Shown: positions 1-32,914, counted from the first letter of the stretch. The stretch: 64,000 nt of DNA from Amoebidium appalachense (GCA_963693365.1 CAVNZM010000004.1:8407093-8471092); one strand, 5' to 3'. Notes: generated by a model not told the origin, from the letters alone. Translations and numbers: made by a program.

Positions 1-303
1 CACACGTGAGGCGAACCATTTTTTTTAGCTCCACCTCCACGAGAATGGACACCAATTCGCCTATTTGTTGCCATGGACCCTTTCTTTCCCTTGATTTCGT
101 TGGGGTGTGTGTTAGGTATTTTTTTGCTTGTGTTGGTTGCACACCGTCAAGTCAGTCAGAAAGCATGTGTTCATGCCATCGTGGGATCGTGCGATCGTGC
201 GTGTATTTTGGCTTGGCCAAGAATGGTTTCTTTTTGATTGGCCAGCAATGGCTTTTCTGATTGGCCAACGACGTTACAATGGCCCTTTCTGGTTGGGTTG
301 CAG

Positions 304-16206
<15,903 letters not shown>

Positions 16207-16959
16207 GAATAGCTTTGTGAATCTATTTTAGACGACCACGAACTGGCAATAACCTCGTGCTTCTTTTTTTCGGATGACAACAGGCATTAGTGCGTAGTTG
16301 TTTTGTTTGTTTGCTTGTCTTTTTTTGACTGTGGCACATTTATGCCAGTATTTTGATTATAATAGTATCCCTTAAGGTTCACGTCGTTTGGACAGTCATG
16401 TTTTTGTACTTGTGTATGAATGAGTCGATGTATTTTTGAAAGCAGGCAAGACCGGGCTGCCCTTTTTTTTTCTTTCCTTTTTTCTTTTTTTTTTTTTTTT
16501 TTTTTGTGGTGGTGGTGGTGGGGGGGGGGGGGGGGGGGGGGGGGGGGATAGGAAACACGTGATAGGAGGGGCTGTTATTGACCTTGTTACATGAGTGGAC
16601 AAACCAAGCACGAAGGTTGGTGTATTATAGGACACTATAACAAAAGCTAGAATCAAAATTGGTATACATCGGATTCTTCAAGTTTGGGGTGGGGCACAAA
16701 ACGCAGATCGCGATGTCAATAGTGTTATGTTTGTTAACCAAAGCTCAAATGATTGCATGTGATATGTACCTTCTTTTTGTACCCAATAGGTGGGCTTAGA
16801 ATGAAAGGAAAGCAATAAACGACCTTTCCAGTAAATAAATTTAAAAATTAAGAAACATAAATAGGCGAGTGCACATGCTGCTATTGTTTTTAATCAAAGC
16901 CACGACTGCTTTACCGTACGCATGCAGGATCATTACATGTGCTTGAAACATGCGCCTGG

Positions 16960-17002
<43 letters not shown>

Positions 17003-17076
17003 TGTGTGTGTGTATGTGTGTGTGTGTGTGTTGGGGTGTTGGTGGTGATGGTGGTGGTTGTGTTGTTGCAAGAAGG

Positions 17077-17133
<57 letters not shown>

Positions 17134-17511
17134 TGATGAGGGTACTTCACAACTTTTTAGAGAGTGTCCAATCTTTCATTATATCACTCAGGTTGCAGTT
17201 TATTATTCACTCGGATTTTTCATCATAGGTGGGCATAGTTATAGTGTCAACGTGCAGAAGGTCAATCAAAGTGTTTATAATTAATCATACGTGAACATCA
17301 ATATTATACTAAGTTCAAGTCACCAAATTTTTAAAACAATATTCAGCATCAAATTTGCATCAAATAAATCATCGATATCATGGGCACTGCCCGGCATCAT
17401 TCACTTACGATTATTTAAATCAACACACACTTCATCATATTGCGAGCTCATACCGCGTTCGACATCATCATACCGAGGTTTTTTTTCCCTCGTTGAAATT
17501 TAACGATGTGT

Positions 17512-17943
17512 TCAATACAGCGCAAAAGCATTCCCACTGTTATGATATTGCTTCCCATTGAAAACAAGAGACCCCTCTATCGTTGCACTTCGCGACGGCA
17601 CCAGTTTCCCTTGGCTGCAGCTAGGAGTAGGCGCGCTCATCTGCTTGGAGAGTGTTTTCCTCTGCGCACGCGACTTGCAGTTATGCGGCAATCCAACCAT
17701 TTCAATCGTTTTTCCGGCTTTGGGTGCAGGAGGTAGTGTGACGGTCTCCCAGAGTGTAGGCTCGTTTTCAACAGAGTCCATGGAGTCAAGGGAGGAAACA
17801 CTTGGGCTGCGCCTGTAGCTGTATGATGGTTTTGGGCTCTCGACTGACTCGTTTGAATCGTTGAAAAACGAAGAAAACAGAGACGTGGAAGACCCGCTCC
17901 TGGGTCCGTAGCCGCCGGCGTAAACCTGAGTGTAGTAAGACAT
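17512..17943 (-). CDS. Hypothetical 143-aa Ser/Pro-rich protein, single exon
   Basis: Repeat-free ORF with a CAAAATG start context shared by other genes here and upstream TATA/CCAAT. No family recognised. Confidence 0.65.
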   Translation of the reverse strand: MSYYTQVYAGGYGPRSGSSTSLFSSFFNDSNESVESPKPSYSYRRSPSVSSLDSMDSVENEPTLWETVTLPPAPKAGKTIEMVGLPHNCKSRAQRKTLSKQMSAPTPSCSQGKLVPSRSATIEGSLVFNGKQYHNSGNAFALY

Positions 17944-18133
17944 TTTGGGTGAAATAGATTTATGAGAGTTTTTTAGATGTACATGTATATATACGTGTGT
18001 GTTATTTGTAGTAAAAGAAACGTGTGAACGTGAGCTCGAGTCACTTCAACTTTGTGCTTGGTCGCAGAAATTGAACAGACAAACCGAAGCTGTGTCAGCC
18101 TGTGTGTGCTCCGATTGGGGGCATCCACGCATA

Positions 18134-18172
18134 TTTATACTCAGCGGTTTATCGATGGAGTGATGCGATTGG
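18134..18172 (-). promoter_or_regulatory. Putative core promoter (TATAAA + CCAAT) of the 143-aa ORF
   Basis: Minus-strand TATAAA at 18139-18134 and CCAAT at 18172-18168, about 190-230 nt upstream of the ATG. Confidence 0.45.
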
Positions 18173-19825
18173 TGGATAAGAAGAATGCTTGTGGTCTGAG
18201 TATAGGAGGTCTTGCTTCTGTGTACTTTGGTACTGTACAGTGACACAGGTTTATTGGTTCAATAGTGTATAATTAAGTATAAAAGACAAAGGCGGAAAAA
18301 CAAATCCTTTCTGAACACATCTACAACCATTCATTTTTTGTATATAACCCTAGCTGAAGTAGAAATATATAGAATCTTCGCGAGGCTCAAGCGGAGGGGG
18401 TGATCCACAAAAACTGCCAATCGGATGCGAGTTGAAAATATTTATGGAACCAATGGAATCCAGGACGGAATCCCTTTGATCGTCATGTTCACTATACGTG
18501 ATGGCTTTGCAAAGCCAACTTGGCCCCACAAAAAGCACTAATAGGTAAGCAAACAACAAAATATCATCTTTAAAGCAACTTACAAGCAGTCTTACAAACC
18601 GTATTTTTAATTTTTGGCATGCCTTTTCAACATTGTAACAGTAAAGCCGAGGAGGGCCTGTGATCCATGCAACTCACACAACCCATCACCATGCAGTCGG
18701 CCCGAGCGAGGCCGCGGCGTCGGGTCGCGCGTGCCATGTATATCAGTAAGACTGTCCGCACGCTTTGCAGCCTTGTTATTGCGACTTTGGGAACACAGAG
18801 CCTTTTTTTTGCAATTTTTAACATTCTGAGTTAACGTATTCATTGCAATGGGGGTGAGAAACTGCAGTGCAGGCTTGGTAGCATATACATTGATAGCCGC
18901 TACGCGTGCTCTGGCGCTCATTCCCTAGCAGGGGGGCTCTACAATACCTGTAGTGAAATTCGCAATGAGAATATGGGTCATATGGGGCATTATGGGCCCT
19001 TTGTCAAATTTAAGACAGTCTCCGAATACGGACTAATGTGCACCTAAAAACAAAAACAAGAAGAAAAAAAAAGAAAAAAAGTAAAAAAAGAAAAAAAGAA
19101 GGAAAAAAACGTTATATCTCCACACATGTTGTCTATCTGATACGTTTATCTCCACATAAAAATCTGTATTCATGATGTAAATGTAACATCGATTTGTACA
19201 TGTTGGCCTTGGCTGCTTGGTGCCGACCACTCATCACAGCTCACCTACATGTCGTTAATAAACAGCACATTCCCCCCCAAGTTGTAAGTGACCATGTCAG
19301 GCAGGGGGTTGAGTCTTTGACACTGGCCTTTCTCTGTAAGACATGCCTTCACGACATTGCCTCCCCTCCGTATTTTCCTCTCCTATAGCTACTAGACTGG
19401 CTCGCCCATTCATCAAGTGGTGACAAGTAAATAATCGACAGAATTCGGTACTCGATAAGTAGTTTGAAACTGTGCTGACTTTAAGCCTCAAAAGTTCAAA
19501 ACTCTGTCCGACTCGGAGTTTTTGGACATGTGCAAATTTTGACTGGCCCAGCCATGCACCCCCGGTAACTGCCCGCATGATATCCTTCTAGAGGGATATA
19601 TGACCAATCCTCGGCATGCCCAAACAGCACACACAGAAGCCGCCTCTCGATATATAAATTGGTAATCTCCTCTCTCCTCTAAATCTCATCTAAAACAAGG
19701 GAAGATAAAGGTTACAAAGCTACAGCTACTTCTATGTAATGAATCCTGCGCTGTCACCTGAGTCCGGCTCAGGAGTCATGGGAGACATTTCAACGCATTC
19801 TTTTGCGATCTCCTTCCGTTCAATG

Positions 19826-19968
19826 ATTGGGGTAGAGCAATGGCGTGCACCAATCAAAGCTACCCTGCGCACAAGCTGCTTTTTTGGTTATTTTGGGTTT
19901 TTGTGAGTCCAATCGGAAATCTCAAATTCAAACGGTGGAGATCGATTGGCAGCTGAGCTCCAACCAAT
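19826..19968. promoter_or_regulatory. Cluster of five CCAAT/ATTGG boxes (possible NF-Y-type promoter or enhancer)
   Basis: ATTGG at 19826 and 19945; CCAAT at 19850, 19909 and 19964. Confidence 0.35.
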
Positions 19969-20876
19969 AGGAGAATGCAGGGAATGTACGTAACAAGATA
20001 TTCCCACATATCACACTATTGCTCCTACAAACATTATACTATGTAATGTTAGTAATTATACCACTGGCTTGGGACTATGTGGGAATAGATTTATAATAAT
20101 CGCATGCTTAAATCATGCATAAGATGCGTGTCACGGACAACTTTGTCTCTTTCTGTATCAAAATCAAACAGTGTGCACTGTGCACACGTCTATCTATGCG
20201 TGGCCGTATACGTGTTTGGTTTGTGAGTTTGTTTGTGTGCATGATGTCATTGATGACACATGATGGCTTGCAATCTGGCTTGCATTGCTTGTTGTCACTT
20301 GTTGCCCGGCATATGGCGTGCACGTGGGCTTTTCAGTATCGTTGAAGGCGGTGTATGTACTGTACCTAACACGTACTGACGTGTTGCCGCACGTGCGACG
20401 TTATACATCTACTCAGGTGGCTTTTAAAGTAGAAAAAAGAAAAAAGAAAAAAAAGAAAGAAAGGAGACACCGCCTCAGTAGGTGGTAGGTACTGTACAGT
20501 ACAGTCAGGTGAATGTTTGCCAGTCATACATACGTGTGAGGAGGGGAGGGGGAGTTCAATGTGGTTGCTGGGCGTCGACGGGATAGCTAACATGTGTGTG
20601 CCGGCCGCGATGTGTACGTGTCTGCGTGCGTGAGGTTACGTGTGGGATTGTGTACAGCAACTTGTCAGCAAGCTTGCACTTGTGGGCACCGTAGTTGTGA
20701 TATGCGAGTATGAGGGCATGTGTGTGGGGTGGGAGGGTGGGTGATGCACGTGGTTGGCCAGGGCCAGGGGGAGAGTGCACTCCGCGCCGTAAAGGAGCAA
20801 GGAGTGTGTGAGTGTGTAAACGCGTGTGTGTGATTGTGTGTGCCACGGAGTGTGTGCGTGTGTGTGCACGTCTGTC

Positions 20877-20975
<99 letters not shown>

Positions 20976-21261
20976 ATGTGTCCAGCGTGCGTGTGTGTTC
21001 AGTAGTGTGTATGCCGAATATTTGCGCATTTGTGTGTGTGCGCGTGTGCGTGTGTGCGTGTACATGTGCGTGCGTGCGTGTGCACGTGCGTGCGTGCGTT
21101 TGTGTGTCCAGTGTGCATTCGTGCCTGCCTGCTTTTTTGTTTACTGTATGTACGTGTGCCAGTCACTGTGTTTTTATGTTTGTGTGTGCATGTGTATGTG
21201 CGGGCGTGTTTTTTAATCGTGAGATGGGTTGGGGTGGGGTGGGGGTTGGTTTGGGGGGGAA

Positions 21262-21312
<51 letters not shown>

Positions 21313-21775
21313 GAGAAGGGGGGGGGGGGGGGAGGGGAGGGGAGGGGGGGGGGGGGGGGGGGGGAGAGCGAGAGAGAGAGAGAGAGCGAGAGAGAGGGAG
21401 AGAGGGAGATAGGGAGAGAGAGGGAGAGAGGGAGAGAGGGGGGGGGGGGGGGGGAGGGGGGGGGGCAGGGGGAAGAGAGCTTCAGAAAGAAAGAGAGAGA
21501 GATATAGAGGGAGGGTGTTACTGACGTCTTGAAGTGGTGTGTCCAATGTTCACGTGGCAAAATGAACTTCAAGATAAATATAATGACAGTACCTATCTGT
21601 TTATTAAAAAAAGGGCTTCAAGGTAGCATAAAGAAAACCACTGTAACAGCAGGCTCGGAACATTATGGAAGGCTGTGCAGGAGGGCTAGCAAGAGGCGTG
21701 GGGACTGGAAGGGGGAGCTGGGCGAGGGGAACGGGGGCAGTGGTGCCGATTTGGGTGTGGAGGAGGAGGGGGGCG

Positions 21776-21806
<31 letters not shown>

Positions 21807-22819
21807 ATAGCTTGGGGAGGGGGACGGGAGGGAGCCTCGGGTGTGTTGGGAGGGGGTAGGGGGGGGGGGGGGGGGGGGGGGGGGGGGAGAAGGGGGGGCC
21901 CGGGGATAAAAAACGGATGTTGAATAGATAGTAAATGAGTCGTCATCAATATGGCACTTAGTTAGTAGGATGCGTCGTGGGTTGGTGACCGTGAGAGTAA
22001 GGGAGGGCAAGTGTGTATCAATTAGGTGTGTCAAGTTGTGTGTCTGTGTGTGCGTGGGCCCCCCTATCCCCGGGAGCAGGGCGGGGGGAGGAAGGGAGGG
22101 AATATGCAGTACATGCGATACATGAGCAAAGTGCATGGCAATTTGCGAATTTCGGAGCCTCAAAGTGTTGGTAAATGGGTGAAACCAACGAACGGGGAAG
22201 ATTTTTTTTTTAAAAATTTTTAATGCTGGAGGCCAGCTAGATATAAAATGACTCAGTGCTGCTTTGAAAATATTCACAGTATTTAGTGAACTCATTAACC
22301 CAGCGCGGTGGGTACCATCCCACGAGCAAACTCTATGTACACAAAAAATAAAAATAAAAAATAAAAATCGACTGTGCACTGATACTACGAACGACGAGGC
22401 GAGGCTACTAGTAGAGGACATATGCCGGTATGCTGCAACGCACCTAAACGCAACGGTGTAGAATATATAGAGTCACACATACATGGCCAGGAAAGAAGTT
22501 TCAAAAAAAAGAATCCTTTTTACCGGGCAGCCTCTTATACAGCCAGTTCATGTGACGAAATCAGGACGGTCGACATGTATACTATGTGTGTGTGTGTGTG
22601 TGTGTGTGTGTTTGTTTGTGTTGTGGTGGCTATGTTTATATATCTATCCATCTGCTCTATTTAGATAGACCGGTTTAGACTTGCAACTCTGATACCGCCC
22701 TTATTCCCCCCCCCCCCCCTCCCCCTCCCCCTGCCCCCCCCTGGCCCCCCCCTCCCCCCCCCCCCCCCCCTCCCCCCCACCTCCCCGGGCAAATACACAC
22801 GGACCTGCGCACGTGCTGC

Positions 22820-22988
<169 letters not shown>

Positions 22989-24030
22989 AAAACAAAGTGG
23001 CAAGCACGCATCTTAATGTAATCTCCCGTCACGAATAGCCATCACGTCCTGGGATAGCTATCATTTATGGATTTCGGATAGATAGATGGTCGACATCCAA
23101 CCTGGCACAGTGAATGCCGTGTTCCATCCAGAATCAACCTATTATTACTATCGATGCATGGACCGGCGCTCACACTATGCTAGTACTTGTGACCAATGGT
23201 AGAGTTATCCTTGAATATATCGAGGGATATAACTTACTACGGGCCAGTGGAAGTGGGAAAGGGAAGAGAGGGGAGGGGGGGGGGGGGGGAGGGGGGGGGG
23301 GGGAGAAAGAGAGAGAGAGAGAGAGAGAGAAAAAGGGGGGGGGGGGGGGGGGGGGATTAGATTGTTTTACAAACTACAAGGCACACAAAACGACGCACAA
23401 CATGTGTACACAGTGTAGATGCTCAGCGCACACACTAAAAACGGGGGGTGAGGGTGGGTGGGTGGGGTGGGTGGTGGGCGGAGGGGAGGGAAGGGGTGGG
23501 GTGGGGTGGGGGGGAAGAGGGGGCAAAGGGAGTGAGGGTGGGAGGGGAGGATTAGGAGAGCACCAACACACTCCTGGAAGCCCATTGTTATCAGTGAACA
23601 TTATCTGACTAGGGGATTGAGAACTTTCTCAACATAAACACTGGCGTGGGTCACACCATATATGGCAATTATTGCGGCAACTATCAAAATACTTGTGTTA
23701 TGAAAGATAATGTTTTGAAAGATATTAGGTACTAAGGTTTCTAAATGGAGTATAGTACTGCGTAATGAGTCGAGGCCGAATGGAAGGGAGGACGGGGGAA
23801 AGGGGTGGTGGTGTTAATGTGGGGGGAGGGAGGGGGAGGGGAGGGGTTTTGTGAGGGAGGTGACTGAAAGGATGCCATTCTGGGGTCATGCTCCAAAGAC
23901 ACCCACAGGCTTTGCTTATAGACTCAGGAACCCTTGTCGGCTCCGTCTGAAACGGAAAAACATGGTGGTAGGTTATGTTGTGTCCCATTTCTTCTCAGTC
24001 TTTCGTTTGTAAGTGCAAGGAAACGGATGT

Positions 24031-24065
<35 letters not shown>

Positions 24066-25392
24066 TATGGACCTGGGGAGAGGGGAGGTGGGGGGGAGGG
24101 GGGGGGGGGGGGGGGGGGAAGAGGGGGGTTGGGGGGGGGGGGGGGGGGAGGGGAATAATACAAGAGGAAGCAGGCAGGCCTGCAAGGGAAGGAGTGTTTG
24201 CAAAGGGTGAGGGAGGGGGGAGGAAAGAGGGGACTATGAGGGAAAGGATGAGACGAGAGGGGAAGGAGGCAGGTGGGAAAGTCTGAAGGGATGGGTGATA
24301 TAGAGGGGGGGGGGGGGGAGGGGGGGGGGGGGGGGGGTTGAAGCCTGCCAGCAGACACCTAAATGACCATGCGACTCCCTAAGGACAGCATTCGAAGACA
24401 CATGCGTTAAGTTGTGTGTACATGTATGAGGGGGTCGGGGAGGGGAGGGGGGCCCGGGGGGGGGGGGGGGGGGTACACATGTGGGGGGGGTTGGGGTAGG
24501 GGCAAGGGGAGGGGAGTGATGGAGGAAGGGGGAGGGGGGGAGGGGGAGAGGGGGGGGAGGGGGGAGGGGGGAGGGAGGGATGGAGGAAGGGGGAGAGGAG
24601 GGGAGGGGGGGGAGGGAGCAGGGGGGAGCAAGGCAAAATCCGGGGGGTTGGGCAAGAAAAACCTTTGTTGATTTTATAGTTTGACCACAGGCCATACACA
24701 AACAATGTGACCGCTGATCGGATAGATACAAACTCTCCGCTTAGGTGTATCGTGAAAATTCAAGTCTATCTACACTATGGCTTTGTACTGCAGTATGAAA
24801 ATATCACAATCGTTCATGTCTATCTACACATATGACTTTCAAACATTATGTATACGAATACCACTGTGCTGTACATCTAATATTGGAGATATATTTACTG
24901 GAGATAGTTCTATCTATCGGCCAGGGTTGTTTCTTTGCCCATGAACTTCAATCAATTTTTATAAAACCTCGAAAAAGGAAGAAAAAGGAAAATTAAATAG
25001 CAAATTAAAAACCTTTCAAAAGCCATATTCTTTTACCATTTTGTTACGTGCAACTCATTAATAAAAATAAAGTTTAAGGCTTATAATTTCTTGTTTGGGC
25101 GATCTTTTTTGTCCCGAAAAACACTATTTACCTTACGCCAAAATCAAAATATCAGTACTGTAACTTTCAACCTAAAATATGAAATAAAAGTAATATATGC
25201 ACCTTAAAAGAAAGTAAATTCACGTCGTCTTAATGCAAATAAAGTCAATTCAACGTGGTTATGTGAGTGTGTGTGTGTGTGAATGGTTTCTACGTGTGTG
25301 TGTGTGTGTCCGGGGGAGGGGGGAGGGGGAGGGGGGAGGGGGGAGGGGCAAGAGGGGGGGGGGGGGGGGGGGGGGGGGGGGAGGTTATGTTC

Positions 25393-27698
<2,306 letters not shown>

Positions 27699-29599
27699 TT
27701 TGCGGGATCTGCTATAATTCCCGTCCTACCTATAGATCTATTCTACAGGTAACTGAGGGGCACTATTTCACCTTTACTTGCCTATGTATGTGATCAAGAC
27801 TTCCATAAAAGCGGAAAACTGCCGCGTTAATTAGTGGCCCACACTATAGCTACTCTAGTCACCCAAATCATGCTCTGATAGTAATATTTTTCGTTCCCTT
27901 TTTCAATTGTCAAGGACGCTTGCCTGAGTTTGTATGAAAAGCAGTTGACCAAGCAAAGAATAAATAGGTAATCACCAATGGTAGTTTGTATCAGAACTTG
28001 GTGGGAACACAGCAAAAAGCTCAAGTTGACCGAATGCCGCCAGTTGAGGTGTGTGGGCGGAATATATAGTAGCGCGCAAATTTGATTGGTTATGTTTAGC
28101 GGAGCACGGCAAAAACTACTAAAAGATCAATAAACCGGGATGGCTGAGTTACTTCCCCAATAGTTCATAAAATGCTACCAAAAGTTTACAAAAAAGCTGC
28201 TTTTACATAAATTACTTCGCGTTTCTTGGAATCATACCAATATTGAGGCTTAAGAGCATCGTTGTTTAAAAGGTAAGAGCTCATTAAAGCACAAACATAC
28301 GTGAACTGCTCCTATAGGATTCTTCTTGATTTCCTTGAACCGAAAACATCGAATGTCGGGAATGCTTTGCTGCGCTCTGTTCCATAATTCATCCAATGAA
28401 ACAAGGCGGCTTAAGGTGAGCGAATTTAGAAGCTCCACCAATCATTTCTTAGATTGGATTATGTAAAAGTAAACAGACGGTGCGCTGCGCTGCTTCCGGA
28501 TGCGCGCAACCATGCATGGCCAGTTCGAAAAGAAAATAAAAAAAGAAACAGTAAAGTGGAATTACCACAAACAATTAAGTATACACCACAAGTTGAAGTC
28601 TTACTAGATTCACGGCCTCTGGTTTTTTACTGTTCTACACTGTGCGGCAGACAGGTGGCCACGGCGTGACGCCCGGTCCACTAGTCCAGTCGTGGGCCGT
28701 CAGTGCAGTTGTACTCGGATCTGAGACCTGAAAATAATAGTCATGCAAGAGCTCATGTCAAGGCCGTCGGGAAAAGATTCTCACGAAAACGTTTTTCATC
28801 TAGTGGTGTGTGTTAGAAATTACCATTATAAAGGCAAGCTGCAGTACAGCACGGTAGCTATAGCAGTTGCACACGAGCGGGATCACTGGATCGGAATCCC
28901 GGATCTAGATTCAGGATTTTACGAATCCAATCATATCACCGGATTGCAGCTCCCTAGAGGTCAGATCCCTGACATCTTCACACAACTATTCTAGTTTTCT
29001 TCTTTTCTAGCACTGCTTTATGGTCCTATCCAAGGCCCTCCATACATTTTTAGTTCAAAGCCTTTAAATAATGCTTGTATAACTTAATCATTTAGCGCGT
29101 GATTTAACAGGCTGTGCCAAGTGCGGGCTCGACCCCGAGACACACCGTCACGACACACATTCGCACTGTATGGTGTAGGGAGATTATACCTTATCTCTGA
29201 TTGGTCCATACTGCACCCAAAAGAATTCTCGAATTTCTCTGTTTTGGACAGAAAACACAGTAACACACGCACTGCTGGCCTGCTTGGAACACAACGTCAA
29301 ACTTGTTTGTCACGTGTATAGACACGTTTACAGTGTATAGAGTTGGTGTCTGGGTTGCTCAACTCTTGTGCGTGAAAACCAGAACGCAGGACACGTCACA
29401 TGTTTTGGTACTTTCTCCGAGTGTTTCGTTCAGTCAATTGCTCACACACAGCCACCCCAGGGGTTCGTGCTGGACCACCGGTAGACCTCAAAACCACTCT
29501 ACTGCTGTGTTTGTGTTTGCTTGAAAAACGCATTACATAAAACTTCATTGTTCCTGTAACCTTTCTCCTCGAATACTCTTCAAGCGAAGTCGCAGCAAA

Positions 29600-30181
29600 A
29601 TGCCGAAATCTTCCACGTCAACGGGCGAATCCCTTTCTCGCTGGGTTCCTCTTCCCTCTAGCCCAGGTGCCAAGTTTTTATTTCTCGCACTTGCCGTTAT
29701 CTTTCTCGTAACTCTGCAACCAACACTCTTTCCCACCGCTGAAGCCGCGCCTGTGCCTGGAAGGCTTGCACGAGACACCGAGTGGTATAACCTGCCAGGT
29801 GTCGCCGAGGTTATTGTCGTTGCAAACAGAGACATTCCAGCTGGCGATGAGCGCGAAATCGCCACAACACCAAAACCTCAGCCCACTCCAGAAAAGGAAA
29901 ACACCGCGCAAAAACCAACAGCCACAAACCAAACCGGTAAAGGGGAAGCAGAAAACAACACCGTTAAGCCCAACTCAACCGCAAGCACGGACGACAGAGC
30001 ACCCCCTCCCCAAGCCAACCCTCCTCCCAAGCAAACACAGTGTCCACTTCGAGCCGTAGACGAACGTGACTGTATCCCGCGCTGCCAGGAAGAGTGCCCG
30101 AAAGACCCAAACTGTGTTGAACGCTGTGGTAGTAGCAGAAGTTCGTTTGATAATGTCGAGTTTCTACCTGTCGGAAATTAA
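29600..30181 (+). CDS. Hypothetical secreted or signal-anchored 193-aa protein with a P/T/Q linker and C-terminal 6-Cys motif
   Basis: CAAAATG start; hydrophobic FLFLALAVIFLVTL followed by AEA-APV; C-terminal CPLRAVDERDCIPRCQEECPKDPNCVERC. Intronless and repeat-free. Confidence 0.75.
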   Translation: MPKSSTSTGESLSRWVPLPSSPGAKFLFLALAVIFLVTLQPTLFPTAEAAPVPGRLARDTEWYNLPGVAEVIVVANRDIPAGDEREIATTPKPQPTPEKENTAQKPTATNQTGKGEAENNTVKPNSTASTDDRAPPPQANPPPKQTQCPLRAVDERDCIPRCQEECPKDPNCVERCGSSRSSFDNVEFLPVGN

Positions 30182-31319
30182 AATGGCTTGCCCTAGCACT
30201 TCCTGTGTGTGCTTGTGAACCTGAGTATTGGTGAGCACTTTTGAAACACTCACGAGTCTCCTTGTGGATCAAATGCCGCCTGGTCTTTTTAAGGAACCAG
30301 AATGCTCCAACAGCCTAGTTATAAGCACGGGCAGAGAACCTACGTGCCGAGTAAAAACGACAGGCAAGTAAGTAGCCGAATTTCAGTATATGTGCGAGAA
30401 GGTGTATATATGAGGCATGTGCAATGATCGACAAACGTACGCGTGCTGTCTCCATTATTGTCTTCTTTGATAATTGTCTTCTTGATTTCACAAAGCTAAT
30501 AACAATATGTCCCTACAGCCCAAACGTTCTTCTTGATATGCATTATTAGTACCCAGTTTTAGGCTTTCAAGCTCTGTGAGTTTCTATTTACTTTGGTAAT
30601 ATGCATGTGCTGCCACTCAGTCGGAGCACGATACTATTAGATACCAGAACACATCTATATATTTCCGAAGATAACCCCGAAGAACGTATAAACGCTTTAA
30701 TTCGAACTAAATTTTCTGTTGATTATGAGCTTTCTTAATATGCATCGTTATAACTATAAAATCAAAGGTCAATAGGTCAAACTAGGCTCAGGCGGCATGT
30801 AAATAAACTTTCAACTGTAGCTCTTATACCAGTAATACCATGCCGCTTGCCTGAGTGGCAAAGAGAATGAACCGACGATTCAGAACAGTCTTAATATGAT
30901 ATAAACAAGCTGCATAATTTGGTTTGTTGACCACGAGCATGCATCTGTCCCCTCTTCCCCACCCGACTCCTTCTTTATAAGTTATCCTCTGCCAGCATGG
31001 GGAACATACCAAAAGCACACAACACACACACACGGACACACACAGACACGTGCACACAAACACATCATTATTATTCACACACAAACACACACACACACAA
31101 ACACGCCCATACACACACACACACACACACACCTAAACACTGACGCTTAAATTTAACACACACACACACACACACACGCAATCACGCGCCGCCGTGAAAC
31201 ATACACACATACATGCAAGCATACAAAACATGCGGCATACACAGGCAAACAAACACAAAAACACATACGTACATGCAAGCATGATACACACACACACATA
31301 CATGCACGCGCACATGCTA

Positions 31320-31390
<71 letters not shown>

Positions 31391-32883
31391 ATACACGCTC
31401 TTTTTAGCACACTGTAGGAGCTGTGACACACTCACGGGGTCATCAACCACTCCTGCCAAACTCATTGCCTGTCCAGATTTTACCTTCAAGAACAAAAAAT
31501 AATGATATCTTTAAGCAGCCAATATCTGAGGGAACACCTATGGCAGGTACCCCCCTGTTCTCAAGGACGCACAATGACACTGTAACTCCCCGGGGCTTTT
31601 GCATATACAGGGTGTCTCCTCCCTGCTCTACCAATGCTTAACCTTGGAGTGCCAAATTAAAAAAAAATGTACAACGAACGGGTAACCGTCCCCCCCCCCC
31701 CCCCCCCCCAAAAAAAAAAAAAAAATGTACAACGAACGGGTAACCCCCCCCCCCCCCCCCCCCCCCCAACTCACCCTTCTTCCCCCTCCCCTGGCTCCCC
31801 CTCCTCCCCTCCCCCCTTCCCCTTCTCCCCCCGTCCCCCCCCCCCCCCCCCCCCCCCCCCACCCCACCCCCTCCCCCTTTCCCCCCACCCCTCACCCGGG
31901 CCCCCCTATCCAGTAAGTGACCTGACAGGGGCATGCCGTCAAATTTTCAAGTGACACATGCCTAGGCACGTTGACATTCTGAAAAGCCCACAAATGTACA
32001 TATAATGTGATATTAATGTGAATATCATTGAATATTAGTAACACTCGGTATATAATAATAATAATTGTACATGTACAGAACTAAGCTGTCACCTTTGGCC
32101 AATCAGCGACAGCCTGGTGGACACCTTAGAGAAGACCTTGAGAGCTGTGCTGATTAAAACTGGGGAATTTCCCAGAAGTGGAGAATTTGCTAAAAGTGGA
32201 GACTTTAAAAGTCACTGTGCCTGGGGAAGGGATCACACCTTCATATCCCACCGGGGGATGCCGCAGACGGAGAGAGGGGAGAGGGGGGGGGGGGGGGGGG
32301 GGAGGGAGGAGGAGGTTGTGACTAATTTTAGTACATGGTGACTGTGTGCTGTGATTAGGCCAGCAGTAGCTTGCAAATACACACACTGTGAATCACGTTT
32401 TTTAAGAACAAAATGAAGCCGAGCCTCTTCACCATATTAATATTGACAGCACCTGTTTTTCAGCAACAACACAAAGGGCGAACATGATGTGGCAAATACT
32501 CAACGTGCAAGGCAGGTGCGAGTGCTTGCACAGTCAACGGACATGCCGCCCAACACCACTGAAGTTACAGAGACAGCAACCGGATAGTTCGGAGATGTTT
32601 GAACGGATGATTGTGGGACAAATAGGTTAGATTTTTCTTCTTTCTTTCTTTCTTTTTAGATAAAATCCTTGATAAAGTTCGAGTTCATTGCCGCAAAACT
32701 CAATGATCCTCACCCATGGATTATTGTAAGACTTAGTATCTTATCGCACGACCTAGGTATAGCAAGGTATATATTATAACTTTGAACAGCACTGAAAAAG
32801 TAGGAATATGTAGATACTATGAAGCTACCATTGCTTGTATCCATACCTGTAGTGCCTGGGAGGGCATCCAGCCTTCCCCATAG

Positions 32884-32914
<31 letters not shown>

